The notes under the pieces were generated by a model, which saw only the letters and a program-made list of their open reading frames with translations, was not told the DNA's origin and did no database searches. Position numbers and translations under genes: made by a program. A stretch of 64,000 nucleotides of DNA from a virus (lineage: Duplodnaviria; Heunggongvirae; Uroviricota; Caudoviricetes): the IMG/VR virus record IMGVR_UViG_3300045049_000270; one strand, given 5' to 3'. Within the stretch, counting starts at the first letter, position 1, and every line of letters starts with the position of its first letter. Below are positions 20,915 through 30,829 of the stretch, piece by piece.

Positions 20915-21298
20915 TCATTTCTGATCTGGCATTTTTCGAACTAATGTGATTTGACGCTTGCGAATGCGTCGAGATATGGTTTCCTGCAAACTTACTGCGT
21001 GGCCGGATACCAAATTGAAGTCTTTTCTACTAAAGTGCCGTAAGTACGGACGGAAGATCAAGAATTGTTCTTTAAAAAAGATGTTGATAGGAATTTGACG
21101 GTTACTTCCCCACCACCATTCCTCACCATATTTCAAGAATTGCAATCTTAATGCTTCATTTGGAATCATATCTAAAACATACATTGACAACAAATTGTTA
21201 TCTGAATTTTGAATGATACCAATGTACTCCCGTTCATCAAACTGGCCGTAGCTCAGAAAGGGAAATGCTTCTAGAATTTTTGAGATATTTTCGTTCAT
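20915..21298 (-). CDS. Hypothetical protein
   Basis: FPFLS..EYIGIIQN..WWW.SNRQIPINIF; minus-strand CATAAATA late motif upstream. Confidence 0.75.
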   Translation of the reverse strand: MNENISKILEAFPFLSYGQFDEREYIGIIQNSDNNLLSMYVLDMIPNEALRLQFLKYGEEWWWGSNRQIPINIFFKEQFLIFRPYLRHFSRKDFNLVSGHAVSLQETISRRIRKRQITLVRKMPDQK

Positions 21299-21402
21299 GA
21301 ACGGTTTTTACAAAGTGTTGCAGGTATTTATGCCACATGAATCTTTAATCACTGGGGAAACTCTAGAAATGAACATAAATAATCATATCTAGAAGGACAT
21401 CC

Positions 21403-22227
21403 GTGATGGCTAATGTCAATATTTACCAATTTCCACAAGTCGTACAAGTGTCAAGACCCAATGCGATTTCTGCTGCATCGGTAATAAACCGTACCGACTT
21501 CAATGCTTTCAAAAACATTGATAATAATGTCGAGTTTTTGATCAAGGATTGGGACAATAAGCCAGTTAATCTTACTAATCTGACCGTAACTATTTACATC
21601 GTTGATTATCAGAACCAAATCTTAATGTCCATCACCAATCCAGTACTTACTATTGTCAATCCTACGCGTGGTCATTGTCGACTTACTCTGTTGAAACAAG
21701 ATACATTCGACTGGATACCTGGATACTTCAGTTATAGTTTGACTGTTACTGATTCTACTGGTTTAGAAACTGCTCTTTATATCGACAAGTCACGGGTAGT
21801 TCAAGGGTTCTTTGAATTGCAACAAGGTCCGTTACCAAACCCAGTGAGCGCCACTATCCTGACGCCAGACTCGTTCACCGCACAATCATGGGGTTCAGAT
21901 ACAAGCATTTCATCATATCTAGTTGCACAAGAATATCCTGGTGCTGCCCAGTCAGACAACCGTTCAGGTCTGCAAACAATAGCGGTATATGCCAATAACT
22001 TTTCTGGTACATTATGGGTTCAAGCAAGCTTAGAAAATTCCCCACCAAATGATGACAATCAATGGTTTGATGTGACACTCAATACTGGTAATACAAGTGC
22101 CAATTTTACGAGTTATACTGGTATTACGCATTTTTCTTTTGTTGGAAGTTATATGTGGTTGCGTTTTATTCAGCAGTTATCTGGTATCAATCAAGGTAGC
22201 ATCACCCAAATCTTGCTAAAAAATTGA
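21403..22227 (+). CDS. Putative virion structural (beta-rich, baseplate/tail-like) protein
   Basis: Late motif upstream, N/T/S-rich beta-strand composition. Confidence 0.55.
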   Translation: MMANVNIYQFPQVVQVSRPNAISAASVINRTDFNAFKNIDNNVEFLIKDWDNKPVNLTNLTVTIYIVDYQNQILMSITNPVLTIVNPTRGHCRLTLLKQDTFDWIPGYFSYSLTVTDSTGLETALYIDKSRVVQGFFELQQGPLPNPVSATILTPDSFTAQSWGSDTSISSYLVAQEYPGAAQSDNRSGLQTIAVYANNFSGTLWVQASLENSPPNDDNQWFDVTLNTGNTSANFTSYTGITHFSFVGSYMWLRFIQQLSGINQGSITQILLKN

Positions 22228-22336
22228 TGCCCGCTATATACCGCAATACAATGTGGTATAGGCAATCAAATTATATAGATGGCCACATTCGGTGGCCATC
22301 GTCATCTTACAAATACAAAAATCAACGGAGCATTCA

Positions 22337-23413
22337 ATGGCTTTGCAAGAGCTTAGAGAAGCACTAGCAAACGGTGGTGTCGTAGTCAATCAAGATCCTG
22401 ATTTCATTATAGATGCAATTAGATCAAACCTTCCCGGTGTTGTGAAGCGCGTACAAGGCGGAATCAATATTAATTGCCCCATGTGTGTTGCTCGTGGCGA
22501 GCCAAGACCAGATACGAAATATCGATGTGGTATTCGATTCTTTCCTGGTGGAAGCCTAGCTATTAACTGCTTTAATTGCCGATTGGCAACTCGTTGGTCT
22601 CCTGGCTTGCCATTAAACCGCAATGTCCGGGATTTTCTTATTCACCTCGGTATTAATGAACTGGATGTGAAGAAGCTGAACTTCACTGCATGGAAAATGA
22701 TGCAGAATGCTGAAACAAAATTTGTGGCTGAAAACCCAGTTTTCATTCCAGCATTTAATGAAGTAGAACTGCCCAAAAATGCCAAGACAATTTCAGAATG
22801 GGCACAAGCTGGTGAAACTAGCTTGGATTTTCTTGAAGTTGCCCAATATGCCATCTCACGCGGAGATGATGTCTGGTGTGCTAGTGAATTTTATTGGACC
22901 CCAGATACAGAACACATTATGAATCGGCGCGTTATCCTGCCGTTCTATTGGAAAGACAAGCTCGTTGGATATTCAGGGCGACTTATTGATGAAGAATTAG
23001 TCAAAAAAGGAAAGCCAAAATATTACTCAGAAGTACCAGCGCATTATTTGTTTAACAATTCTATGATAGACAAACCCCGCAAGTTTATAATCTTGGTCGA
23101 AGGTGTTTTTGATGCATTGGCAATCGAAGGTGTTGCCACACAAGGCGCAAAGCTATCAGAGCAACAAGCATTCTGGCTGAAGCAATCAGGAAGACAGATT
23201 ATCGTTCTTCCGGACCGCGACAAAGCTGGTCAAAAACTCATCGATTTGGCATTGGAACATGACTGGATGGTGAGCCTCCCAGAATGGGATGCTGGAATTA
23301 AAGATGCCAACGATGCTGTTAAAACCTATGGTCGTTTATATACAGTACGTTCGATTATTGACGCAGCGACGGATAACAAGCTAAAAATTAACCTAGCTAG
23401 AAAAAGATTTTAA
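22337..23413 (+). CDS. DNA primase (Zn finger + Toprim)
   Basis: CPMC...CFNC, VEGVFDA, PDRDKAG, KDAND; adjacent to the helicase. Confidence 0.88.
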   Translation: MALQELREALANGGVVVNQDPDFIIDAIRSNLPGVVKRVQGGININCPMCVARGEPRPDTKYRCGIRFFPGGSLAINCFNCRLATRWSPGLPLNRNVRDFLIHLGINELDVKKLNFTAWKMMQNAETKFVAENPVFIPAFNEVELPKNAKTISEWAQAGETSLDFLEVAQYAISRGDDVWCASEFYWTPDTEHIMNRRVILPFYWKDKLVGYSGRLIDEELVKKGKPKYYSEVPAHYLFNNSMIDKPRKFIILVEGVFDALAIEGVATQGAKLSEQQAFWLKQSGRQIIVLPDRDKAGQKLIDLALEHDWMVSLPEWDAGIKDANDAVKTYGRLYTVRSIIDAATDNKLKINLARKRF

Positions 23414-23415
23414 GA

Positions 23416-24987
23416 ATGGTATACAAAAAAGAAAAAGAAGAAATCAAAAGTTATCCATTGGAAGTACAAGAGAATTATTTGAACTTTCTGATGAGTGATC
23501 CAGTGGCATTTACGCGATGCCAAAATATTCTGGATGTAAATCACTGGAATGACCGTTTGAAGCCAGCAATTCGATATCTGTTGAAATTTGCGGAAGAATT
23601 CAGGGCACTTCCAACACCGGAACAAATTAAGGCTGAAACAGCAATCCAAATTACGAAGGTCGAAAGTATTCAGGAACAACATACTGAATGGTTCTTAAAA
23701 GAGATTGAAGGTTTTTGTCGTCATCGAGCAATCGAAAATGTGATTTATGATGGTGCCGATCTAATCACAACCGGACATTATTCGACAGTTGAACAACGCC
23801 TTCGTGATGCAATCACAATCTCGCTGCAACGTGATCTTGGTACGGATTATTTTGCCGATCCCAAGTCGCGTATTCAAGCAGTACTCGATCGTAGTGATAT
23901 GGTGGCTACTGGTTGGCGTGATCTTGATGCAAAGCTTTACGGTGGTTTCACCAAAGGCGCATTGAATATCTTTGCTGGTGGCTCAGGATCTGGTAAGTCA
24001 TTGTTCTTGCAAAATCTGGCCTTGAACTGGGTTTTTATGGGGTTGCATGTGATCTATATCACGCTTGAACTATCAGAAAACTTGGTTTCTACACGCTTGG
24101 ATGCAATGGTTGCTGGTGTTAGCACTAAAGATGTTTTTAAGAAACTTGACGATGTAGACCTGAAGGTGCGATTGAAAGGTAAACAATCAGGTGGTAGTTT
24201 GATTGTGAAGAAGATGGCGGAGGCTGGCACATCTGCTAACGTTATTCGTGCATATTTGAAAGAATATGAAATTCAAACTGGTCGTAAACCAGATGCATTG
24301 GTTATCGATTATTTGGATTTGATGTATCCAAATAACATGAAGATCAATCCAAGCGACATGTTTGTAAAAGACAAATACGTAGCTGAAGAAATGCGTGCTT
24401 TGATGAGTGAATATAACGTGTTGAATGCTACCGCATCACAGTTGAATCGTGCATCAGTTGAAGCTCATGAATTTGATCACAGCCACATTGCTGGTGGTAT
24501 TTCAAAGATCAACACAGCTGATAATGTGTTTGGTATTTTCACATCGCAACCCATGCGTGAACGTGGTGAATACCAAATTCAGTTTTTGAAAACACGTTCA
24601 TCATCAGCAGTTGGACAACGTATCAATTTGAAGTTTGATACTGCATCTTTACGTATTATGGATGTTGATGAAGGCGAAGAAATGATGCAAACTCGTGATC
24701 TTCAGAGTATTGGTAAAGCAATCAAGAATCGCATCAAAGAAGACGAACAAGCAGATGCCGAAGAAAAGAAGCCAGCTTTGGGTACGAATTTCAATGTTAA
24801 GGCAAAACCAGGACATGAAATTGGTAATCCAGATCGTACAGAATCTACGCCACCGTGGATGGCAAAAGATGAGTCACGTGCCGCAGCTAATGGTGCTTTG
24901 ACGCAAGTTGCGAAAGAACCACCGAAAGCATCGCCAACGCGTACAAATATTATGGATATTTTGAAACGCACGCAACGTGACGTTTGA
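23416..24987 (+). CDS. Replicative DnaB-like helicase (gp41-like)
   Basis: GGSGSGKS, ITLELSE, IDYLDL, TASQLNR, LKTR. Confidence 0.92.
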   Translation: MVYKKEKEEIKSYPLEVQENYLNFLMSDPVAFTRCQNILDVNHWNDRLKPAIRYLLKFAEEFRALPTPEQIKAETAIQITKVESIQEQHTEWFLKEIEGFCRHRAIENVIYDGADLITTGHYSTVEQRLRDAITISLQRDLGTDYFADPKSRIQAVLDRSDMVATGWRDLDAKLYGGFTKGALNIFAGGSGSGKSLFLQNLALNWVFMGLHVIYITLELSENLVSTRLDAMVAGVSTKDVFKKLDDVDLKVRLKGKQSGGSLIVKKMAEAGTSANVIRAYLKEYEIQTGRKPDALVIDYLDLMYPNNMKINPSDMFVKDKYVAEEMRALMSEYNVLNATASQLNRASVEAHEFDHSHIAGGISKINTADNVFGIFTSQPMRERGEYQIQFLKTRSSSAVGQRINLKFDTASLRIMDVDEGEEMMQTRDLQSIGKAIKNRIKEDEQADAEEKKPALGTNFNVKAKPGHEIGNPDRTESTPPWMAKDESRAAANGALTQVAKEPPKASPTRTNIMDILKRTQRDV

Positions 24988-25046
24988 GTCCAATCACTTG
25001 GTATCTTGCGAAATAAATAGATACATATTGTGAGAAGCCATTCAGG

Positions 25047-25316
25047 ATGGATGAAGATATCCGAAAATTTATCGATTTGACTGAAAGTCTGGTAATACCA
25101 CCGATGCCTATGCAGCAACCGGTGGTATTAGAACCAGAAGTTCCAGATCAACCAGAACTTGAAGATGAGTTAGTCCAGGATATGGAAAAACTCATCTTCA
25201 AGCTTCGTAGTTATCAAGATCCCGACATTGGTGAATATTCTGCAGGAGTCGAAGCTGGCATGAATCGTGCCGCCGATATGGTGCAGAACCTGTTGAATCG
25301 TTTACGAGGTATGTAA
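25047..25316 (+). CDS. Putative small head protein
   Basis: Late motif upstream; N-terminal IRKFIDLTE|S. Confidence 0.6.
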   Translation: MDEDIRKFIDLTESLVIPPMPMQQPVVLEPEVPDQPELEDELVQDMEKLIFKLRSYQDPDIGEYSAGVEAGMNRAADMVQNLLNRLRGM

Positions 25317-25564
25317 TGGAAAAGCAGTTCCGCAGCATTATTGAAGAGCTGAGCTCCTATGCTCCTACCAATAACAAGGAGCTTTTTATTGAAAGTCGTG
25401 CTCAACAAGTTATCGCATCAGCACGCCATTTAATCAAGCTGTTGGAAAGCAGCTTCCCGGAAGAAGTATCTGAAGATCTCACAAAACGACTTTTGCTCGC
25501 TATCAAAAATGATGATGTTGAAAAGTTTGCACGTAAGATGCGTCAACTTCGAGAAGGCAAATAA
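25316..25564 (+). CDS. Hypothetical protein
   Basis: TAATG-coupled ORF. Confidence 0.7.
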   Translation: MEKQFRSIIEELSSYAPTNNKELFIESRAQQVIASARHLIKLLESSFPEEVSEDLTKRLLLAIKNDDVEKFARKMRQLREGK

Positions 25565-27660
25565 TGAAGAAGTACGATAACATTGAACAACAAATCACAG
25601 AAGGTTTCTGGGATGCTATTGTCAATAAGGCAAAAGGCATTGGCCTTACCACTAAAGCCGCTTTGGGTAGCAATTACGCAAAGGGACAACTCGATACCCA
25701 CACATTAGCTACCGAACTTTATAACCAATTCAAACAATGGTCTGGTAGAGTAGGTGCAAAAGGTACACGCAATGATGTAGCTGATTTCCTCGTTCACCAA
25801 GTGAATTTGGGGGTAGATTTTGTCAATCAAGAATTGAAAATCAAATATAATGGTTCAGCCCCCGAAATTCAAGGTGCATCACAGCCGCAGCAATCTCAAC
25901 AAAGTGGCGGCAACGATTACGATTCCTTAGTTGGCACAAGCTCAACGGGTGGTACCAATGGCGAAAATGTTTCTACTGAAAAATATGAACCAGCACCAGA
26001 CGAGTTCCAACCAAACTTGTCAAATATTGCTCGCTTCATGAAAACAGCTATTTGGACACAATTCAAAGAACAACGTGATTCTACTGGATATGATCAATCT
26101 ACCGCAGTCCCATTTACAAAAACACCAGACGGCACTTTCATCTTTGCAGATAAAGATGAAGAAGATGAACTCCGTAAGTTAATTCAGGTAGTTAATGTAA
26201 AGCCAGTTGAAACCGCTGATGAGATGAAGCGTGATAATTTCTTCATCACTTGGGAAGACTTCAAGAACAAAGTTCCTGGTGCCAGCCGTATTGGTAAGGA
26301 TACTCCAGAAGAAGCAGATTTATTCCGTCAATCATGTTTCCAAGCTTTAAGCATTTACGGTAAGAATTTTCCGAAGGCGCTACATCGCTTTATTCTGGCT
26401 ATCCCACCTGAGACACCAAACCGTCAAGCAGCAAAGGATAGTTTGGCAATTATTGAAAATAAAGAATTGACCGAAGATGCTGAAGATGCAGCACTTCGTA
26501 AATTGTTCGCTAAAATTGCACAAGATGCTATTCGTTCAGGTGCATTCCGTCATGCTGCTCATAGCTATGCTGACCACTTACGCCAAGGTGGCCGATTCTA
26601 TGGTGACTATCAAGCTGCTCCAGGCCAAGATGCTCCTCAAGAACCACAGCAAGAAGATCTCTTGGCCAAAGCCAAGCAATTGGGTGATTATTTGGGCATC
26701 AAATTAAGTAAATGGGATTTGCGCGCCTTCCGTAACAAGAACAAGCAAATGTTCTATGACTTCATGACTGATTTGAAGAACGAGAACCCAGAGGATTGGG
26801 ACCCCGACTTCATCGAACATTGCAAAGCTATCTTTAATATAAAGGGTGAAATTCCGGGTCCACAAGGTCAAGAACAAGAAAATAACCACCCTGGTATGTC
26901 ACAAATTGGTAAGGGGCAAGCAGCCAATGACGCTGGTCCAGGTCAATTCATCGATATCCGTGGTGAACATATCAAATGGGATGAAAAGGATGGCACATTG
27001 ACTATTGGTACACGAGATGCGCGTAATGGAAATAAAATCATTACTCGGGTTTACGAACCATTAGCGAGTGGTGGTTGGGCAGAGCGTGGTACTGGACGTC
27101 AGTTTTCTGCCCAGAATGGATTTGCTGCTAAGTTGACAGACTTGCAAGATGAATACATGAAGGCAACAGGTATGGATAGACCACAGGATATGCCAAATGC
27201 CGAAGAAACAGATGGAATTCCTGTTGGGGCCAAAGTAAAGGCTAATAATGGTGAATACACCTTTAATGGTTCAGAATGGAAGAATGCTGAAGGTCAAGCA
27301 GTGACATCTGAAAAATCGATTAACTGGTTGAATGATCAATACGAAAAGCAGAAGAATGGTGCCGAGATGCCAATGCAACCTGCTCATGTTGAGCCAAAAC
27401 AAGCAGAACAGCCAAAACAAGCAGAACAACCGCAATCCAATGTGGTTCAGCCAATCAAACCATCTGAACCAGAGCAAGCAGTGAATAATAAACAGGAAGT
27501 CCCAAACAACGCAACGTTTACCATTCCAAACACCAATAGAGTGATACAACGCAAGCCAGATGGTTGGGTTGACAATAAAGGCCAAAAGATCACAAATCCG
27601 TCACAAGTTGAACTTTTTGACCGTGGTTGGATGAAGAAGAATCGTCCTGGTGCTGCGTAA
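25564..27660 (+). CDS. Putative internal virion protein
   Basis: N-terminal QQITE|G, Q/P-rich linkers, repeated small W..KG..(I/V)T modules at the C-terminus. Confidence 0.6.
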   Translation: MKKYDNIEQQITEGFWDAIVNKAKGIGLTTKAALGSNYAKGQLDTHTLATELYNQFKQWSGRVGAKGTRNDVADFLVHQVNLGVDFVNQELKIKYNGSAPEIQGASQPQQSQQSGGNDYDSLVGTSSTGGTNGENVSTEKYEPAPDEFQPNLSNIARFMKTAIWTQFKEQRDSTGYDQSTAVPFTKTPDGTFIFADKDEEDELRKLIQVVNVKPVETADEMKRDNFFITWEDFKNKVPGASRIGKDTPEEADLFRQSCFQALSIYGKNFPKALHRFILAIPPETPNRQAAKDSLAIIENKELTEDAEDAALRKLFAKIAQDAIRSGAFRHAAHSYADHLRQGGRFYGDYQAAPGQDAPQEPQQEDLLAKAKQLGDYLGIKLSKWDLRAFRNKNKQMFYDFMTDLKNENPEDWDPDFIEHCKAIFNIKGEIPGPQGQEQENNHPGMSQIGKGQAANDAGPGQFIDIRGEHIKWDEKDGTLTIGTRDARNGNKIITRVYEPLASGGWAERGTGRQFSAQNGFAAKLTDLQDEYMKATGMDRPQDMPNAEETDGIPVGAKVKANNGEYTFNGSEWKNAEGQAVTSEKSINWLNDQYEKQKNGAEMPMQPAHVEPKQAEQPKQAEQPQSNVVQPIKPSEPEQAVNNKQEVPNNATFTIPNTNRVIQRKPDGWVDNKGQKITNPSQVELFDRGWMKKNRPGAA

Positions 27661-27678
27661 GCAGCAAATGTTGCAAAA

Positions 27679-27707
27679 CATGGTGAGGAAATCTTCCTCA
27701 CCATTTT
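27679..27707 (+). terminator. Intrinsic terminator
   Basis: ATGGTGAGGAA...TTCCTCACCAT followed by TTT. Confidence 0.65.
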
Positions 27708-27774
27708 CATGAGTCAACGCCTTGCTTGGTTTCAATATTTCGTATAGAGTGTGCCAAAAACAAATGGCACCTCT

Positions 27775-28779
27775 ATGAGCATACCACATTTTTCCTCACT
27801 TTCAGCCAAACGAAAGCAATTCGTATTTGATCATTTCGATGAATTTCAAGTTCAAGAAAAGATCGACGGCAGCTATCTGAAATTCAAAAACGACACTGGC
27901 TTCTACTGGGCCACGCGTAAGGGAAGCAATTCACCCATCTATAAATCACCAGATGAATGGGGGGCTGATTTTTGGGTTACTGGCTTTCGCGCCGCTCATA
28001 CCGCATTGATTCAATCATTGCCAGCATTTCATGATAATTACTTCAATTGGGGGCCTTTGTATCCATCTGGGGTATTGCTTGAACTTGAAGTTGTATTCGC
28101 CGACACACCTAACACTATCTTTTACTCAGATAAAAACCATCTGATTATCCACACCCCAGTTGGCCAATTTGCTTATGCTTTGACACAAACTGTGACGTTA
28201 TCTGATGTGCCGGTAACAGATGATGGATACACAATTAAACGGATCTCAAAAACGTATGATTTTGAAATCACAAATCTAGCTTATCACGATAATATCACGA
28301 TGCTGGGCTCAGGACTTATTAAACGCGGATTCATTAACAATGTTGATGAACTTGAACAAGGCTTGCTACATCATGTGCAAACTAGTTTGAGTGTTCTATC
28401 TGGAACTGGGGCAGCCAGAATGGAAGGATTGGTTTTCAAACATCAAGATGGTTGGATGTTCAAAATTGTTGATAAACAATGGTTTACTGAAGCCAACAAA
28501 CAGAATTACGCATTCCGTAACACATTGTTCAAGTCACCACGCGGCTTCAGAAATTCGTTGATGGATCGATTTTACGATATGCTGGCAAAAGGTACAGATG
28601 CAAAGATTGCCGCTTCAGAAGCATTGAAACAGCTTGATGTTGAACATCAGCTTTATATGAAATGGGATCATTCTCGACTTGAAGCATTCGTACATAAACG
28701 CAATCTTGAAGCTCTGGCCAGCATCAGAGCACAATTAAACAATATCGCAGTAAATGGCTTACCTAATGAAAGTAACTGA
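27775..28779 (+). CDS. ATP-dependent ligase-fold nucleotidyltransferase (RNA ligase-like)
   Basis: Motif I EKIDGS, ELEV, motif IV MEGLV, motif V FKIV. Confidence 0.65.
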   Translation: MSIPHFSSLSAKRKQFVFDHFDEFQVQEKIDGSYLKFKNDTGFYWATRKGSNSPIYKSPDEWGADFWVTGFRAAHTALIQSLPAFHDNYFNWGPLYPSGVLLELEVVFADTPNTIFYSDKNHLIIHTPVGQFAYALTQTVTLSDVPVTDDGYTIKRISKTYDFEITNLAYHDNITMLGSGLIKRGFINNVDELEQGLLHHVQTSLSVLSGTGAARMEGLVFKHQDGWMFKIVDKQWFTEANKQNYAFRNTLFKSPRGFRNSLMDRFYDMLAKGTDAKIAASEALKQLDVEHQLYMKWDHSRLEAFVHKRNLEALASIRAQLNNIAVNGLPNESN

Positions 28780-29086
28780 TTGGTTCAAAAAGAAGATTAA
28801 CGAGAATAAAACCACTGGTAGTTATGTGGTTATTTGTGAAGAAGCAAAGACAGTTTGGCCCTATGTTGAAGTTGCCCCGCAGGCTGGCTACGAGACGTAC
28901 TACGAGCTTCAAGCAGCAATCTTCACACTGAACAAGCAAATAAAGAAAGAATCGGCCATATCGTCATACTACCCAATGGTGATGCCATTACTGAATAATT
29001 TGTATTTCTTCTTCACGACTGAACAAGAGAAACAAGCGGCAATCACATACTTAGAAACCAACAATAACGAATTCAAACTATTATGA
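28766..29086 (+). CDS. Tandem paralogue 1 (WP-motif protein)
   Basis: DWF...VWPYVEV...FFFTTEQEKQAA. Confidence 0.7.
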   Translation: MKVTDWFKKKINENKTTGSYVVICEEAKTVWPYVEVAPQAGYETYYELQAAIFTLNKQIKKESAISSYYPMVMPLLNNLYFFFTTEQEKQAAITYLETNNNEFKLL

Positions 29087-29415
29087 GTACCAAACCTGAT
29101 CGCCCAAGTATCTTGTCCTGGGTACAGGATCATCAAGATTATGTTACTACTATTGCCATCAGGGAGAACTGGCCATTTGTAGAAATTGATTTATCGGGCC
29201 TATGGCCAGAGTACGGTGTCACCGATCATGAGGCGATTGCGATTATTACTAACCATTTATATGAAATATGTGATAGTGGATGGGATTGGTATTCAAAATG
29301 GCAAGTGAATTCATCCACTACAATCGTCATAGGATTTACTTTTAATACTGATGCGGTGGCATTCAAATTAACTATCAACGATTATTTCCTATCAAAATCA
29401 CGTCGCCATGCATGA
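29083..29415 (+). CDS. Tandem paralogue 2
   Basis: ILSWV...NWPFVEI...IGFTFNTDAVAFKLTI. Confidence 0.7.
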   Translation: MSTKPDRPSILSWVQDHQDYVTTIAIRENWPFVEIDLSGLWPEYGVTDHEAIAIITNHLYEICDSGWDWYSKWQVNSSTTIVIGFTFNTDAVAFKLTINDYFLSKSRRHA

Positions 29416-29746
29416 CAAAAATATATTTGCCTGGTTTAAAGAACTCGAAGAAAAATTAGGTCAATACAAATATAATCATAACTTCTGCCGAGATGTAATC
29501 AAAGAATGGCCATATATTTCGTTTGAATCGAAAAAGGATTGGACTTTAATGAAACAAGGACAGAATCCAGTATGGTCAGCCGAAGTACGTTCGATCATCA
29601 AAGAGATATGCCCACCCGAAGATTTTATTGTGGTAGCGTACGGTCCACAATTGGTAATTGGCTTTCAGGATGTAACTACTGCGGTCGCCGTCTCAATGCA
29701 GATAAGCAAGAATTCTGATTCGTACATGGTGACCTATGGGTGGTAA
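29408..29746 (+). CDS. Tandem paralogue 3
   Basis: IFAWF...EWPYISF...IGFQDVTTAVAVSMQI. Confidence 0.7.
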   Translation: MHDKNIFAWFKELEEKLGQYKYNHNFCRDVIKEWPYISFESKKDWTLMKQGQNPVWSAEVRSIIKEICPPEDFIVVAYGPQLVIGFQDVTTAVAVSMQISKNSDSYMVTYGW

Positions 29747-30080
29747 GTCTATTCAATCATGGTTAAATGACTATAAGACGGATTATGCTCATGGGATTCC
29801 AACTATACAATTTCGAGACCTGGTTGCACAGCTTATGCAAGGCGATTGGCCTCGAATGATTATCGAGGAAACAGACCCCGGAGACCGTGCTTGGCATCAT
29901 ATGCCAAGATGGTGCAATAGTGTTCACGATTGTCTACTAGAAATTTTTGAATCGGATGAAGATTTCTTAGTCGTTTTTCATAGTGGAAAATGCCTAGTGT
30001 TTTTCACCAGTATTAGTGAAGCAGTGCAGGCTAGACTACTAATAACAGCCAATCGAGGGTTTGAGATATCATATGAGTGA
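29736..30080 (+). CDS. Tandem paralogue 4
   Basis: IQSWL...DWPRMII...VFFTSISEAVQARLLI. Confidence 0.7.
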   Translation: MGGKSIQSWLNDYKTDYAHGIPTIQFRDLVAQLMQGDWPRMIIEETDPGDRAWHHMPRWCNSVHDCLLEIFESDEDFLVVFHSGKCLVFFTSISEAVQARLLITANRGFEISYE

Positions 30081-30444
30081 TAAAACGATCGTTGAATGGT
30101 ATAGACAAATCAGATCCTATCTAGAGGAACCAGATGTCGAAAATTACAATTGGGTGACTTTGATTGAACAAAACTGGCCGCATATCAAAATAGTAATTCC
30201 AAAGGCAACAAGTGCTCGTCATCTTGAATATTGGATGTCCAAGTATGCATTTGTGGCGGATGAAGCACTTGGTGGCCCCGGGCATTGGATCTCGGCCGCC
30301 GAGACCTATTTCGGTCGAACAGGTGAAGATTACGGTATAGTCGTTACAATTGGATTTTCCACGATTGTTGACGCAGTAAATGTTAGACTTTTCTTTTCAC
30401 CACTAGAAGAACAGCATATTGTGAGTTTTGGTTATGACAAATGA
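30073..30444 (+). CDS. Tandem paralogue 5
   Basis: IVEWY...NWPHIKI...IGFSTIVDAVNVRLFF. Confidence 0.7.
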   Translation: MSDKTIVEWYRQIRSYLEEPDVENYNWVTLIEQNWPHIKIVIPKATSARHLEYWMSKYAFVADEALGGPGHWISAAETYFGRTGEDYGIVVTIGFSTIVDAVNVRLFFSPLEEQHIVSFGYDK

Positions 30445-30829
30445 AACAGTAAGAGAATGGCGAGATCGTAAGAAACTGGAACATACCGGTAGATGGCCTA
30501 TCGCATTTGCTAGGGTGATACCACAGTACTGGCCATACGCCGTCCTGACTTTCTCGAACGAGGATTGTATGAAGCTTGGATTATCTTGTATCAAGTATTA
30601 TTACTATGATCACCCAGAAACCAAAGGAACTTTATGTATGTTGACCCACAAAAAGCTAAAGGAAGCATTGGGTGGATCAGATAAAGATTTTGTGATCTCG
30701 TACAAACAAGGTAAAACTTGTTCTTTCGTGATTGGCTTCACTGACATAACAATTGCCATTCAAGCAATACTATCGTTTGATGCAAGCATCGCTAGTGAAT
30801 TTTCGTTACATAAACCGGAGGAAAAATAA
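30434..30829 (+). CDS. Tandem paralogue 6
   Basis: VREWR...YWPYAVL...IGFTDITIAIQAILSF. Confidence 0.7.
   Translation: MTNETVREWRDRKKLEHTGRWPIAFARVIPQYWPYAVLTFSNEDCMKLGLSCIKYYYYDHPETKGTLCMLTHKKLKEALGGSDKDFVISYKQGKTCSFVIGFTDITIAIQAILSFDASIASEFSLHKPEEK

Noticed and set aside
28766-30829. Diversity-generating retroelement or integron-like cassette array
   Set aside because: There is no reverse transcriptase or integrase and no visible TR/VR pair or attC-like spacer. The genes overlap directly.
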